DNA from: a virus
Lineage: Duplodnaviria; Heunggongvirae; Uroviricota; Caudoviricetes
Reading direction: 5' to 3' (one strand)
IMG/VR virus record: IMGVR_UViG_3300011226_000011
Span: 1-6,981 of that record
Length of the DNA: 6,981 bases
A program made the translations under genes and the position numbers. Positions within the stretch are counted from its first letter, which is position 1. The number at the start of each line of letters is the position of its first letter. Positions 1-6,981 of this stretch are shown piece by piece. The notes under the pieces were generated by a model that was not told the DNA's origin, made no database searches, and worked only from the letters and a program-made list of their open reading frames with translations.

Positions 1-99
1 AAGTCAGGTGTAAGTATAAGTGCCATTGCCCGGGAATTCAAAACCTCGCGGCAAACCATTTTAAGAGCCAAAGCAAAACTTCAGACACCTGACATATAA
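1..99 (+). CDS. 3' end (last 32 codons) of a serine recombinase / DNA invertase-like gene (Pin/Gin/Hin-type C-terminal HTH); partial, 5' end outside window
   Basis: Frame 1 is open from nt 1 to TAA at 97-99 and reads [32 protein letters not shown]. The G-[VL]-S-x-S-x-IA-[RK]-x-[FL]-x-[VT]-SR-x-T-[IL]-x-R pattern is typical of the C-terminal helix-turn-helix of resolvase/invertase-family serine recombinases. It is convergent with tfa, as pin is in Rac/e14-type prophages. Only 32 aa are visible, so the call is tentative. Confidence 0.45.
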
Positions 100-105
100 A
101 AAATA

Positions 106-120
106 ATCTCGGTGTGAGAT
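106..120. terminator. Weak stem-loop (atctc-ggtgt-gagat) between the convergent recombinase and tfa genes; possible bidirectional terminator
   Basis: A 5-bp inverted repeat at 106-110/116-120 is preceded by an A-rich run at 98-105 (a T-run when read on the minus strand downstream of tfa). The stem is short and AT-rich, so confidence is low. Confidence 0.2.
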
Positions 121-196
121 GCTTTACGTCTTCCAAGCCCCCCTCCTTGCCGTAAATGGAAAGATACATCTAATTATAGAATTTATATGTTTTACC

Positions 197-772
197 CTAC
201 GGCAGTGCTGGCCATTCAATATCCTGTGCAGTTGACGTATCAACACGGTTCAGCAATACCCGATACTTTTTCCATGCTTCCAGCAACGAGATTTCTTCCT
301 CCGTTGCAATTTCCAGATCTGCAGCATCCTGAAGCGGCGCAATATGCTCACTGGCTACCTGCATCAGGTTGTTTTTTGTTTCTTCCGCCTCCCGGATCCG
401 GAACAGTTTTTCTGCTTCCGTATCCTTCACCCAGGCTGTGCCGTTCCACTTCTGAAACTCCCCTTCCGGCGATAACCAGGTAACATTTTTCGGTAACGGA
501 CCGAGTTCAGAAATAAATAACGCGTCGCCGGAAGCCACGTCATAAACCGTTTTACCCCGATGATCTTCAACGAGATGCCACGATGCCTCATCACTGTTGA
601 AAACAGCCACAAAGCCAGCAGGAATATCTGGTGGTGCAATATCGGTACTGTTTGCTGGCAGACCTGTATGAGGCGCAATATATGCGTCACCTTCACCAAT
701 AAATTCATTAGTTCCGGCCAGCAGATTATAAATTTTTATGGTCCGTGGTTGTTCACTCATTCTGAATGCCAT
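197..772 (-). CDS. tfa: Tail fibre assembly protein Tfa (lambda Tfa / T4 gp38-like chaperone), 191 aa
   Basis: ORF 197..772 (ATG = complement of 770-772, TAG = complement of 197-199). The translation [54 protein letters not shown]...[14 protein letters not shown] matches lambda Tfa as I recall it, nearly residue for residue. Its start overlaps the stf stop (TAATG), as in lambda. Confidence 0.9.
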   Translation of the reverse strand: MAFRMSEQPRTIKIYNLLAGTNEFIGEGDAYIAPHTGLPANSTDIAPPDIPAGFVAVFNSDEASWHLVEDHRGKTVYDVASGDALFISELGPLPKNVTWLSPEGEFQKWNGTAWVKDTEAEKLFRIREAEETKNNLMQVASEHIAPLQDAADLEIATEEEISLLEAWKKYRVLLNRVDTSTAQDIEWPALP

Positions 773-3700
773 TATGCAAGCCTCACAATATAGTTAAATG
801 CGATGTTTTTGACGGTGTTTTCCGCGTTACCAGCAGCGTTAACGGTGATGGTGTGTCCATGTGAACCAATCGCAACGGAGTGCGTATGAGCACCAATACC
901 GACAGTATGCGCGTGTGCACCTGCAGATGCTGCTGTGCCGGACAGTGAATGGCTATGATTACCATCTGTACTGGTATTCGCTAACCACCCCGTAGACATA
1001 CCTACTGAGCCTTGTACACCCCAGGTATTTTGACCTGAGCTTGTATAACCATATTGATAAGTATCTTTAAAAACACTGGGGTTAAATCGACGGCCATCTC
1101 TATGGCTGTGATTACCAGCTGCATTCGTGCTGCCACTTAAACTATGGGTATGCGCACCAGTGTTATTCGTGGATTTAGTGCCGTAATCAAACGACGATGT
1201 GGTTTTCGTCCCCAAATCTGTACTGGATGCGCTGGCGCTGTGGGTATGCGATTTAATGCCGTCCTGTTCCTGAGACAATACGGCCCGACCACTGGCAGGT
1301 TTGCCCTTAATCGTCCAGCCACGCATATCAGGGATCACGCCTGACGGATAAGCGGCCGCAAGTTTCGGGTAAGCAGATTTGTCAAAAGTCTGCCCCTGCA
1401 TCAGGGCATAACCAGACGGAACGGTATCTGATGGCCACGGGATTGGTGCGCCGACTGGGTAGCTTTCTGGTGGAAGATTTTTCGAGGTATAAACTTCTGC
1501 CCAGTCATCCTCAAAACCATAACCGTCTCTTGAAGAACGGTAGAACAGACCACCATTTCTGTAATGCGCCTTCATCTGCAAGGTCCGGCAACTTCCGACT
1601 CCGGTATAGAAGTTAACCAGAATATAGCTGTCGCCAGAGCGGGTGACATTATAAGCGCCTGATTCGGCATTCCAGGGAACGCCACCATCCGCATCGGCAT
1701 ATGTATCCGTTGCCCTTCTGGCAAAAGCAGCCACATGCGCGGCGGTTAAAGTAATATCTTTGGAACCATCAAACTCAACACCAGAAACCCGTCTTGGCGT
1801 TTGCAGCTTTGTTGCTGTTAATGCATTACCGTTCAGACTTGCGGACAGTTTGGTTCCAATAACCAGTTCGCCGGTTGCGTTATCAATAGCAAACGGTCTT
1901 AATGTATTCCAGCCACCATAAACATCACCTTGATTGGTAAGCAGCAGGTAAGTTTTAGCGCCATCATTACGCCATAATGCCCCATACTCCCCACCTATCA
2001 TTCGAATCTGATTACCACCACGCGCTACAATTTCGTCTGTGGCAAAAAGTTTTTTGCACGACAAGTTATCGTTAACGATTAACGAATAAGACTCATAAAA
2101 ACCACGCCCACTCTTAAAATCAAGGATAACGTCCGCCGCGATACATTCAGTCGCCGGATTTGTTGCCCCAAACTTATAGGTCGTATCATTAACAACGAGA
2201 TCAGCACCAGGTGCGGATATTGACAGGCCATCTTCGATAAACGCAAAAACAGGGAAAGCAGCGCCATCAACATAGAACACAGAGCGCAAATCATCGCCCT
2301 TATTACTCATCATTATTGAGTGGATGGCTCGTTCATTGTTTTGATATTGCCAGAACATTCCATAAGCATAACGCCCCCTGTCAGTCCAGCCACCAGGCAT
2401 AACAAATCCGTTAAACTCGCAGTTATTCATCGGATCGCCTGCGGTTCGCGTTGCCGTGGTGATAATGACCCTTGATGCCAGTTCGCTTACTGAGCCAGCA
2501 GAACGCATAACAACAACAGGGTAATATTTTCCAGATGTTGCACCTGCAGGAGCGTTAACCCGCACATAACGCATACCACGCTTATCAGCAAAGTCTGTTT
2601 TACTGACCGCGTTAATGTTGTTCAGGAAGCGTCCCTTATCGGGTATATCAGCGCCGTTCTGGTCTTTCTGCAGACGTTTCTCTGCATTGTCATAGGCTGA
2701 TTTTACTGCCTTTGGCGTTGCCGCCAGCGTTTCAGACGTACTGTTGGTCGCACTGCTGAGCTGTACTATCCCCTTTTTCGTCGTACTTGCATCCTCAAGC
2801 GCCACGGCGGATGCAATATCCTCTGCCCGTTTTGCCGCTGTCTCGGCGCGCGTTGCCGCGGATTCCGCCGTACTTTTGCTCTGTGCTGCCGCCGTCGCAC
2901 TGCCAGCTGCCTCTGTCGCCTTCGTGGATGCCGTCGTGGCGCTGCCCTTCGCTGCGGACGCTTGTCTGGTCGCCTCATCTTTTGAAGCAGACGCCGATGA
3001 TGCCGATGACGCCGCCGAACTGGCGGACGATGCGGCAGCCGTTTTTGAGGATTCTGCGCTGGTTTCCAACGCTTTCGCGTTCGTCTCGGATGTCTTCGCT
3101 GCGGAAGCAGACCTTGCTGCTGCGCTGGCCTGTTCAGTGGCTTCGCCAGCCTTCGTTGTGGCTGTTGAAGCAGACGATGCGGCGCTTTCTGCCGATTTTC
3201 CGGCGGCGGTGGCACTGGCTGAGGCCTGCCCGGCACTTGTTGACGCGGCACTGGCAGACGACGCAGCCGCTGTTTTTGAGCCTGCCGCAGCCGAGGCGCT
3301 CTGTCCCGCTGCCGTTTCAGAAGACCTGGCGTTTGTCTCAGACGTCTTTGCCGCCTTCGCGGAATTGCCTGCCGCCGTTGCCGAGGAAGCGGCACTACTG
3401 GCGCTTGATGATGCGTTCGTTTCTGATGATTTCGCTGCCTCTTTTGAGGCCGCCGCATCCCGGGCTGAGGTGGCTGCTTCTGACGCCTTCGTGGTCGCGG
3501 CGGATGCAGAAGTGGCTGCTGATTGTTGTGACGCTGCCGCATTCGTTTCTGACGTTTCCGCCGCCCCGGCACTGGTAGCTGCCGCCCTTTTTGAGGGCTC
3601 TGCAGCAGCAGCACTTTTCGATGCTTCACTGGCCTTTGTTGATGCCGTTCCTGCGCTGGAAGATGCTGACTGAGCCGACGACGCGGCCTGTCCGGCTGAC

Positions 3701-4173
3701 GTGCTGGCTGCGCGTGCTGAGCCTGCAGCATCAGTCGCATGGGTTGCCGCCTCACGGGCTGATGTGCTGGCATCGCTGGCTGACTTCTTCGCGGCTGCCG
3801 TGTTCTGTGCCACCGCGGACGCGTTACGCGCCACCTCTTCCACCATCAGTTCAAAACGGCGCAGTGCCTCAGGACGGGCATCATCCTCCGTCATGGCACC
3901 GAGAAAATCATTCAGCNNNNNNNNNNGTCGGGAATCTTCATACACGGTGATGGTCCCGGCATGTGACGGCGGGAATCCCTCCACCAACAGAATAACGCTG
4001 TACTGCCCGTACTCAACGTCCATGCTGTAACGCCCGGCTTCATCCGGATTTTCTGAGGCCAGCGTGTTCACCACCACCGTGGTGCTGTTACGTTTTGCTT
4101 TCAGCTGGATTGTGCAGTTCTGTACCGGTTTTCCTGTGCCGTCTTTCAGTACACCTGAAATCTTTACTGCCAT
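772..4173 (-). CDS. stf: Side tail fibre protein Stf, long form (1133 aa); N-terminus lambda-Stf-like, Ala/Ser-rich repetitive shaft, large central domain, C-terminal HxH-motif tip domain
   Basis: The ORF track gives 772..4179, but the codon at 4177-4179 is GTG; the likely true start is ATG at 4171-4173 ([26 protein letters not shown]..., the lambda Stf N-terminus), preceded by GGGGTG as a possible SD. The C-terminus ...[49 protein letters not shown] matches the lambda Stf / T4 gp37-type tip. Stop TAA = complement of 772-774. The gene contains a 10-N gap at 3917-3926 that stays in frame. Confidence 0.9.
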   Translation of the reverse strand: MAVKISGVLKDGTGKPVQNCTIQLKAKRNSTTVVVNTLASENPDEAGRYSMDVEYGQYSVILLVEGFPPSHAGTITVYEDSRXXXXLNDFLGAMTEDDARPEALRRFELMVEEVARNASAVAQNTAAAKKSASDASTSAREAATHATDAAGSARAASTSAGQAASSAQSASSSAGTASTKASEASKSAAAAEPSKRAAATSAGAAETSETNAAASQQSAATSASAATTKASEAATSARDAAASKEAAKSSETNASSSASSAASSATAAGNSAKAAKTSETNARSSETAAGQSASAAAGSKTAAASSASAASTSAGQASASATAAGKSAESAASSASTATTKAGEATEQASAAARSASAAKTSETNAKALETSAESSKTAAASSASSAASSASSASASKDEATRQASAAKGSATTASTKATEAAGSATAAAQSKSTAESAATRAETAAKRAEDIASAVALEDASTTKKGIVQLSSATNSTSETLAATPKAVKSAYDNAEKRLQKDQNGADIPDKGRFLNNINAVSKTDFADKRGMRYVRVNAPAGATSGKYYPVVVMRSAGSVSELASRVIITTATRTAGDPMNNCEFNGFVMPGGWTDRGRYAYGMFWQYQNNERAIHSIMMSNKGDDLRSVFYVDGAAFPVFAFIEDGLSISAPGADLVVNDTTYKFGATNPATECIAADVILDFKSGRGFYESYSLIVNDNLSCKKLFATDEIVARGGNQIRMIGGEYGALWRNDGAKTYLLLTNQGDVYGGWNTLRPFAIDNATGELVIGTKLSASLNGNALTATKLQTPRRVSGVEFDGSKDITLTAAHVAAFARRATDTYADADGGVPWNAESGAYNVTRSGDSYILVNFYTGVGSCRTLQMKAHYRNGGLFYRSSRDGYGFEDDWAEVYTSKNLPPESYPVGAPIPWPSDTVPSGYALMQGQTFDKSAYPKLAAAYPSGVIPDMRGWTIKGKPASGRAVLSQEQDGIKSHTHSASASSTDLGTKTTSSFDYGTKSTNNTGAHTHSLSGSTNAAGNHSHRDGRRFNPSVFKDTYQYGYTSSGQNTWGVQGSVGMSTGWLANTSTDGNHSHSLSGTAASAGAHAHTVGIGAHTHSVAIGSHGHTITVNAAGNAENTVKNIAFNYIVRLA
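775..1251 (-). other. Stf C-terminal tip domain with repeated HxH motifs (SHTHS, GAHTHS, GNHSHR, GNHSHS, GAHAHT, GAHTHS, SHGHT)
   Basis: Seven HxH motifs occur in the last ~159 residues of the stf translation. In T4 gp37-type fibre tips such motifs coordinate metal ions along the trimer axis (established for T4 gp37; inferred here by sequence pattern). Confidence 0.6.
2740..3830 (-). repeat. Low-complexity, GC-rich Ala/Ser/Thr-rich coding repeat region in the stf shaft, with degenerate tandem units (e.g. AAKTSETNA recurring)
   Basis: The translation between about aa 118 and 480 is dominated by A/S/T with recurring motifs ([58 protein letters not shown]). DNA-level near-repeats such as ttcgtctcggatgtcttcgctgcgg (~3078), gtttgtctcagacgtctttgccgcc (~3338) and ttcgtttctgacgtttccgccgcc (~3543) are visible. 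The region is open in several frames on both strands. Confidence 0.7.
3917..3926. other. Run of 10 N (assembly gap or masked bases) inside stf
   Basis: Literal nnnnnnnnnn in the sequence; the stf frame is maintained across it (EDSR-XXXX-LNDFL). Confidence 0.95.
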
Positions 4174-4182
4174 ATTCACCCC

Positions 4183-4210
4183 ACAAAAAAGCCCGCCTGA
4201 ACCGGCGGGG
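4183..4210 (-). terminator. Rho-independent terminator downstream of lom (minus strand), immediately upstream of the stf RBS
   Basis: GC-rich inverted repeat cccgcc (4192-4197) / ggcggg (4204-4209) with a 6-nt loop, followed on the minus strand by a U6 tract (complement of A6 at 4185-4190). It lies 27 nt after the lom stop. Confidence 0.5.
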
Positions 4211-4237
4211 TGTCATTACACTGTGTTACCTGGCTAA

Positions 4238-4856
4238 TCAGAATTTATAACCGACACCCACGATGAAACCGTCAGTGCGCCAGTCACCACTGCCGGAGCC
4301 TTCATAAGCAATATCAATGGCCACGGATTCGGTCGGGTTAAACTGCACGCCAGCCCCCCACGCCAGAGACGTGTTGCTGTGGCGACCGTCATCACTTCCG
4401 GTCAGCACATCGTGCTTTTTCCCCTTGTTGTCAGTTACGCGAAGATAATCCCCGGAGAACGTCGACACACGGCTGTAAGCTACACCCGCCATCGCATACG
4501 CGCTGAACCATTCATTCACGCGCACAGACGGCCCCGCCATTACGCTGAACCAGCGGTTACGAACGGAATCTTCATGCCAGCGGGTATCGCTGTAACGGGT
4601 CAGCTGGCGATTCTTGTCTCCTGCATAGCTGAATGACGTCACCAGCCCCAGTGTGTCCGTAAACTCATAACGGTATTTCACGTTAATCCCGTTCAGATCA
4701 TCGCTGCCGGGGACGTTCGTCGAGGCATGAAGATACCCCGCGCTCAGCGTGGACTGATGTTCAGACGCCCATGCAGGCGCACCGGATACGGCCAGACAAA
4801 TNNNNNNNNNNCAGACAAATGGCTGCGGACAAAATTGCTGCACAAACTTTACGCAT
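4238..4856 (-). CDS. lom: Lom outer-membrane protein (Ail/Lom/OmpX family beta-barrel; lysogenic-conversion 'moron' of lambdoid phages)
   Basis: The translation ...ICLAVSGAPAWASEHQSTLSAGYLHASTNVPGSDDLNGINVKYRYEFTDTLGLVTSFSYAGDKNRQ...DGFIVGVGYKF matches lambda Lom as I recall it. The ORF-track start at 4843 (MQQFCPQ...) is an artefact of the frame shift caused by the N gap; the true start is ATG at 4854-4856 (MRKVCAAILSAAICL, a signal peptide) with a GAGAGG SD 5 nt upstream. Stop TGA = complement of 4238-4240. The 5' end is interrupted by the N run at 4802-4811. Confidence 0.85.
4802..4811. other. Run of 10 N inside the lom signal-peptide coding region, flanked by a perfect 9-bp direct repeat (cagacaaat at 4793-4801 and 4812-4820)
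   Basis: The sequence reads gccagacaaat-N10-cagacaaatggc. Removing the Ns plus one repeat copy restores an in-frame lom (AAICLAVSG). Confidence 0.9.
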
Positions 4857-4877
4857 AATTACCTCTCGCTTTTCTGC

Positions 4878-4904
4878 AATAAAAAAGGCGTCATTCCTGA
4901 CGCC
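4878..4904 (-). terminator. Rho-independent terminator downstream of J (minus strand), just upstream of lom; possibly bidirectional
   Basis: A 7-bp GC-rich stem ggcgtca (4887-4893) / tgacgcc (4898-4904) with a 4-nt loop ttcc, followed on the minus strand by U6 (complement of A6 at 4881-4886) then AUU. On the plus strand the hairpin is followed by cTTTaTT. Confidence 0.55.
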
Positions 4905-4926
4905 CTTTATTGGGGTTATAAATATT

Positions 4927-6051
4927 TCAACGAATACTGATGCCGGAAGCGGCTTTTTTGGTCACAATCACCGTACAGTCGGTGATATTGCCTGCCCCCT
5001 GATTGCCTTTCTGGAAAATCTTAAACTCCAGAGTGACGCTTCCCCTGCCACTCGGCATATCAATAACTGCACTGTAACTACCGGGAATGGCCCCTTTAGT
5101 TTCTCTGGATGCGATTAATACGCCGTTTTTGCGAACTTCAAAACCATAACCCGTGTATCGCGTGCCTCCTGGGTTATTTCCGCTCCCCGGATCGTCATAC
5201 GCTATACCGTTAAAAATAATGGGCGGAATAATAATCTGGCGGTCAAAGTTATGATCATCGCTGATGGTGACTGTAACCGTACCGTTTGGTGTTTCCGTGT
5301 TACCCCACGTACCGACTTTTTTCGGGAAGGCTTTTGATACAGCTTTAACGAAATCTCCTCTGACCTGGGTCGCCTCCAGCATGCCCTTAATCGTACAGTT
5401 CTGGTTAATCGTGACATTGTTGAGCGTTCCTGAGTTCGCATTCACACTGCCACTGATATCCGCATTTTTCGCCGTCAGTCTCCCGTCTGATGTCAGGGAA
5501 AATGCCGGAGGATTACCGCCGCTGGTAATGGTGGGGGCCGTCAGGCGTTTCAGGAACACTTCATTCATGAATATCTGATCGCCCTGACCAACAAACATCG
5601 GCTTTGTGTTGCCATTCGCAGGATTAATCATCGCAATCCTGTCTGCTGCCAGCAGCACCTGACTCTGCATGCCGTCAGGGGTGTTCTCAATACCGGCACC
5701 GATACCCGCAATATAAAGGCGTCCGTCCTGCATCTGCTGCAGCTTCACTGCCCACATGCTGTTCAGGTTATTATTTGTATCAACCTGAACCTTCTGTATC
5801 TGCTGGATCGCTGCACTCTGGTCTTCCAGTTTCTTATTGACGGTCTGTGTTATTTCATTGCTGACATCCGTTATGGACGTCCTGATTTCAGTCAGGTCAG
5901 GCGCAAGCTGACCGTTATCAATCTGCGTCCACAGCTCCTGAGCCAGATGGGTTTTCCCTATCTCGCCTTTGAAAAAATCCAGATAGCCTGATGCATCATC
6001 ACTCGGCTGACCGACAGCCTCCACGAATGCCGATTTGCCAACGGTGTTCAC
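4927..6051 (-). CDS. ORF for the J C-terminal (receptor-binding) fragment, 374 codons from a GTG start; probably a remnant rather than an independent gene
   Basis: The ORF track gives 4927..6051, but the first codon is GTG (lambda J has V at this position). There is no ATG and no obvious RBS in the 255 nt of open frame upstream of it. It is homologous to the lambda J C-terminal domain. It might be annotated as a separate tail protein in some genomes. Confidence 0.4.
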   Translation of the reverse strand: MNTVGKSAFVEAVGQPSDDASGYLDFFKGEIGKTHLAQELWTQIDNGQLAPDLTEIRTSITDVSNEITQTVNKKLEDQSAAIQQIQKVQVDTNNNLNSMWAVKLQQMQDGRLYIAGIGAGIENTPDGMQSQVLLAADRIAMINPANGNTKPMFVGQGDQIFMNEVFLKRLTAPTITSGGNPPAFSLTSDGRLTAKNADISGSVNANSGTLNNVTINQNCTIKGMLEATQVRGDFVKAVSKAFPKKVGTWGNTETPNGTVTVTISDDHNFDRQIIIPPIIFNGIAYDDPGSGNNPGGTRYTGYGFEVRKNGVLIASRETKGAIPGSYSAVIDMPSGRGSVTLEFKIFQKGNQGAGNITDCTVIVTKKAASGISIR

Positions 6052-6981
6052 ACTGCGAACGTAAAAATAATAATCATGGCCCGGTTTGATATTGATACTG
6101 GCGGCTATCCAGTACAGTGCCGTACCAAGATAACGCGCGCTGGTTTCAACCTGCCTGATATCCGCAATCCGTTTTTCCGAGAACCAGAACTCAAACTGTA
6201 CCGTCGGGTCATAAACCGCAAGATGCGGCGTGGCGGTTATCTGAAAATAGCCCGGTGTCAGCTCAATCCGAGACGGCGCTGCCGGTGCGGCAATCCGGAA
6301 CGACTGTCAGCCTGTAGTTCCCCAACGCCAGTTGTGTGAAGCGGTATGTGGTTTCCGTCGTCCGGGCCGTGCTGACCAGCCGCTCACTGCCGTCGTCCGC
6401 TGTTACGGTCAGACGGAGCAGGAAGCTCACGCCCTTCACCACCTTCGGTGTGTCCCAGCGCGCCAGCACCTGATATTCCCCGCTGTCTGCGGTGACTTCG
6501 GCAGTCAGGTGCTGCACCGCTGGCGGCGTGACACCATTCACCGTGCCGCTCTGGTCGCCGTCAAAGTGCGCCCCGTTATCCACGATGGCCTCTTTTTCCG
6601 GCACATGCTGCACGGCGGTGATGGCATACGTGCCGTCGTCGTTCTCACGGATACTCACGCAGCGGAACAGTCGCTGGCGCAGCGTCGGCAGCTTCAGCCC
6701 CCACACGCTGTATCCGGCAACGCCGTCAGGAACACGGCTCACTTTTACCTTCACGCCGTCGGTGACGGACTGGACCTCCACGCTGACCGGATTGCCACTT
6801 CCGTCAACCAGGCTTATCAGCGTGGTACCGGAGGATGGCAGCGTGATTTCACGGTCGAGCTTCAGCGTCCGGGTCTGGCTGTTCACCGCCAGCACGCGCC
6901 CGCCGGTGCTGATACCCGCATAGTCATCATCGCAGATTTCAATGACATCCCCCGGTACATGGCGAAGCCCTTCCGCACCCA
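4927..6981 (-). pseudogene. J: Host specificity protein J (tail tip / central fibre), 3' ~2 kb; reading frame broken by a frameshift near 6301-6309; 5' end beyond the window
   Basis: The upstream frame (6981 down to TGA at 6263-6265) translates ...AEGLRHVPGDVIEICDDDYAGISTGGRVLAVNSQTRTLKLDREITLPSSGT...[19 protein letters not shown], which is lambda J-like, then runs into [12 protein letters not shown] and a stop. The -1 register (open from 6306 down to TGA at 4927-4929) continues the J homology: [58 protein letters not shown]...[17 protein letters not shown]...[19 protein letters not shown]. The segment equivalent to lambda RAVNAWGQQGDPASV between these two stretches is missing. Confidence 0.8.

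Noticed and set aside
29-39. Adjacent SmaI and EcoRI sites (cccgggaattc), which look like a cloning polylinker
   Set aside because: The sequence is in frame within the recombinase HTH coding region (IAREFK) and no other vector-like sequence is nearby, so it is most likely coincidence rather than a cloning junction.
38-64. Possible gix/hix-like invertase crossover site (ttcaaaacctcgcggcaaaccatttt)
   Set aside because: It has an AAACC element, but the two halves are not inverted repeats of each other (TTCAAAACC versus GGCAAACCA), and it lies at the 3' end of the recombinase gene rather than at the boundary of an invertible segment.
187-793. Small ORFs antisense to or overlapping tfa (187..483 +, 427..708 -, 560..793 +)
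   Set aside because: They are fully contained in the well-supported tfa gene, have no RBS and no recognisable protein features.
783-2294. Small ORFs inside stf in other frames (783..965 -, 1137..1322 -, 1144..1344 +, 1431..1616 +, 2079..2294 -)
   Set aside because: They are nested in stf, and are short and compositionally atypical; these are shadow ORFs.
2744-3773. Three long ORFs overlapping the stf shaft (2744..3673 +, 2787..3578 +, 2766..3773 -) encoding Ala/Asp-rich or Arg/Pro/Gln-rich polypeptides
   Set aside because: They lie entirely inside the GC-rich low-complexity repeat of stf, where stop codons are depleted in all frames. The products are compositional nonsense (poly-A/D/V, or R/P/Q-rich), have no start context, and the stf frame is the one with homology at both ends.
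4171-4179. ORF-track start of stf at 4179 (MNM...)
   Set aside because: The codon at 4177-4179 is GTG, not ATG. The lambda-like N-terminus MAVKISGV begins at the ATG at 4171-4173, which also has an SD-like GGGGTG upstream.
4802-4843. ORF-track start of lom at 4843 (MQQFCPQPFV...)
   Set aside because: This is an artefact of the frame shift introduced by the N gap plus the duplicated 9-mer. The genuine signal-peptide start, MRKVCAAILSAAICL, begins at the ATG at 4854-4856 with a proper SD.
4857-4950. Candidate sigma70 promoter for lom (TTGAAA around 4925-4930 on the minus strand, with nearby TATAAC/TATTTA)
   Set aside because: The hexamers are only about 4 nt apart or have non-canonical spacing, so no -35/-10 pair with 16-18 bp spacing could be assembled from the sequence.
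4379-6923. Plus-strand ORFs opposite lom and J (4379..4636, 4771..5118, 5264..5578, 6076..6339, 6492..6923) and 5202..5441 -
   Set aside because: They are antisense to or out of frame with the conserved lom and J coding sequences, with no supporting signals. The one at 4771..5118 also reads through the N gap.
1-6981. CRISPR arrays, tRNA/rRNA genes, toxin-antitoxin or known defence-system genes
   Set aside because: No direct-repeat/spacer periodicity, no cloverleaf-like or rRNA-like segments, and all substantial coding capacity is accounted for by J, lom, stf, tfa and the recombinase fragment.

Overview
This window is the distal tail / tail-fibre module of a lambdoid (lambda/Rac-like) enterobacterial prophage, with every phage gene on the minus strand. 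Reading 5'->3' on the minus strand: host-specificity protein J (3' ~2 kb, broken by a frameshift near 6301-6309, 5' end beyond the window), lom (Ail/OmpX-family outer-membrane protein), stf (long side tail fibre, 1133 codons) and tfa (tail-fibre assembly chaperone). At the left edge is the 3' end of a convergent plus-strand gene whose C-terminus looks like a serine-recombinase (Pin/Gin-type invertase) helix-turn-helix. Two intrinsic terminators bracket lom. Two 10-nt N runs lie inside stf and lom; the one in lom is flanked by a perfect 9-bp direct repeat, which suggests an unassembled insertion. I found no rRNA or tRNA genes, no CRISPR array and no recognisable defence or toxin system, and I see no convincing evidence for a previously undescribed system. 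The points worth a second look are J decay, the putative insertion scar in lom, the mosaic/extended stf and an apparently orphan recombinase. Protein identifications rest on my reading of the translations and recall of phage lambda J, Lom, Stf and Tfa; no database search was run.
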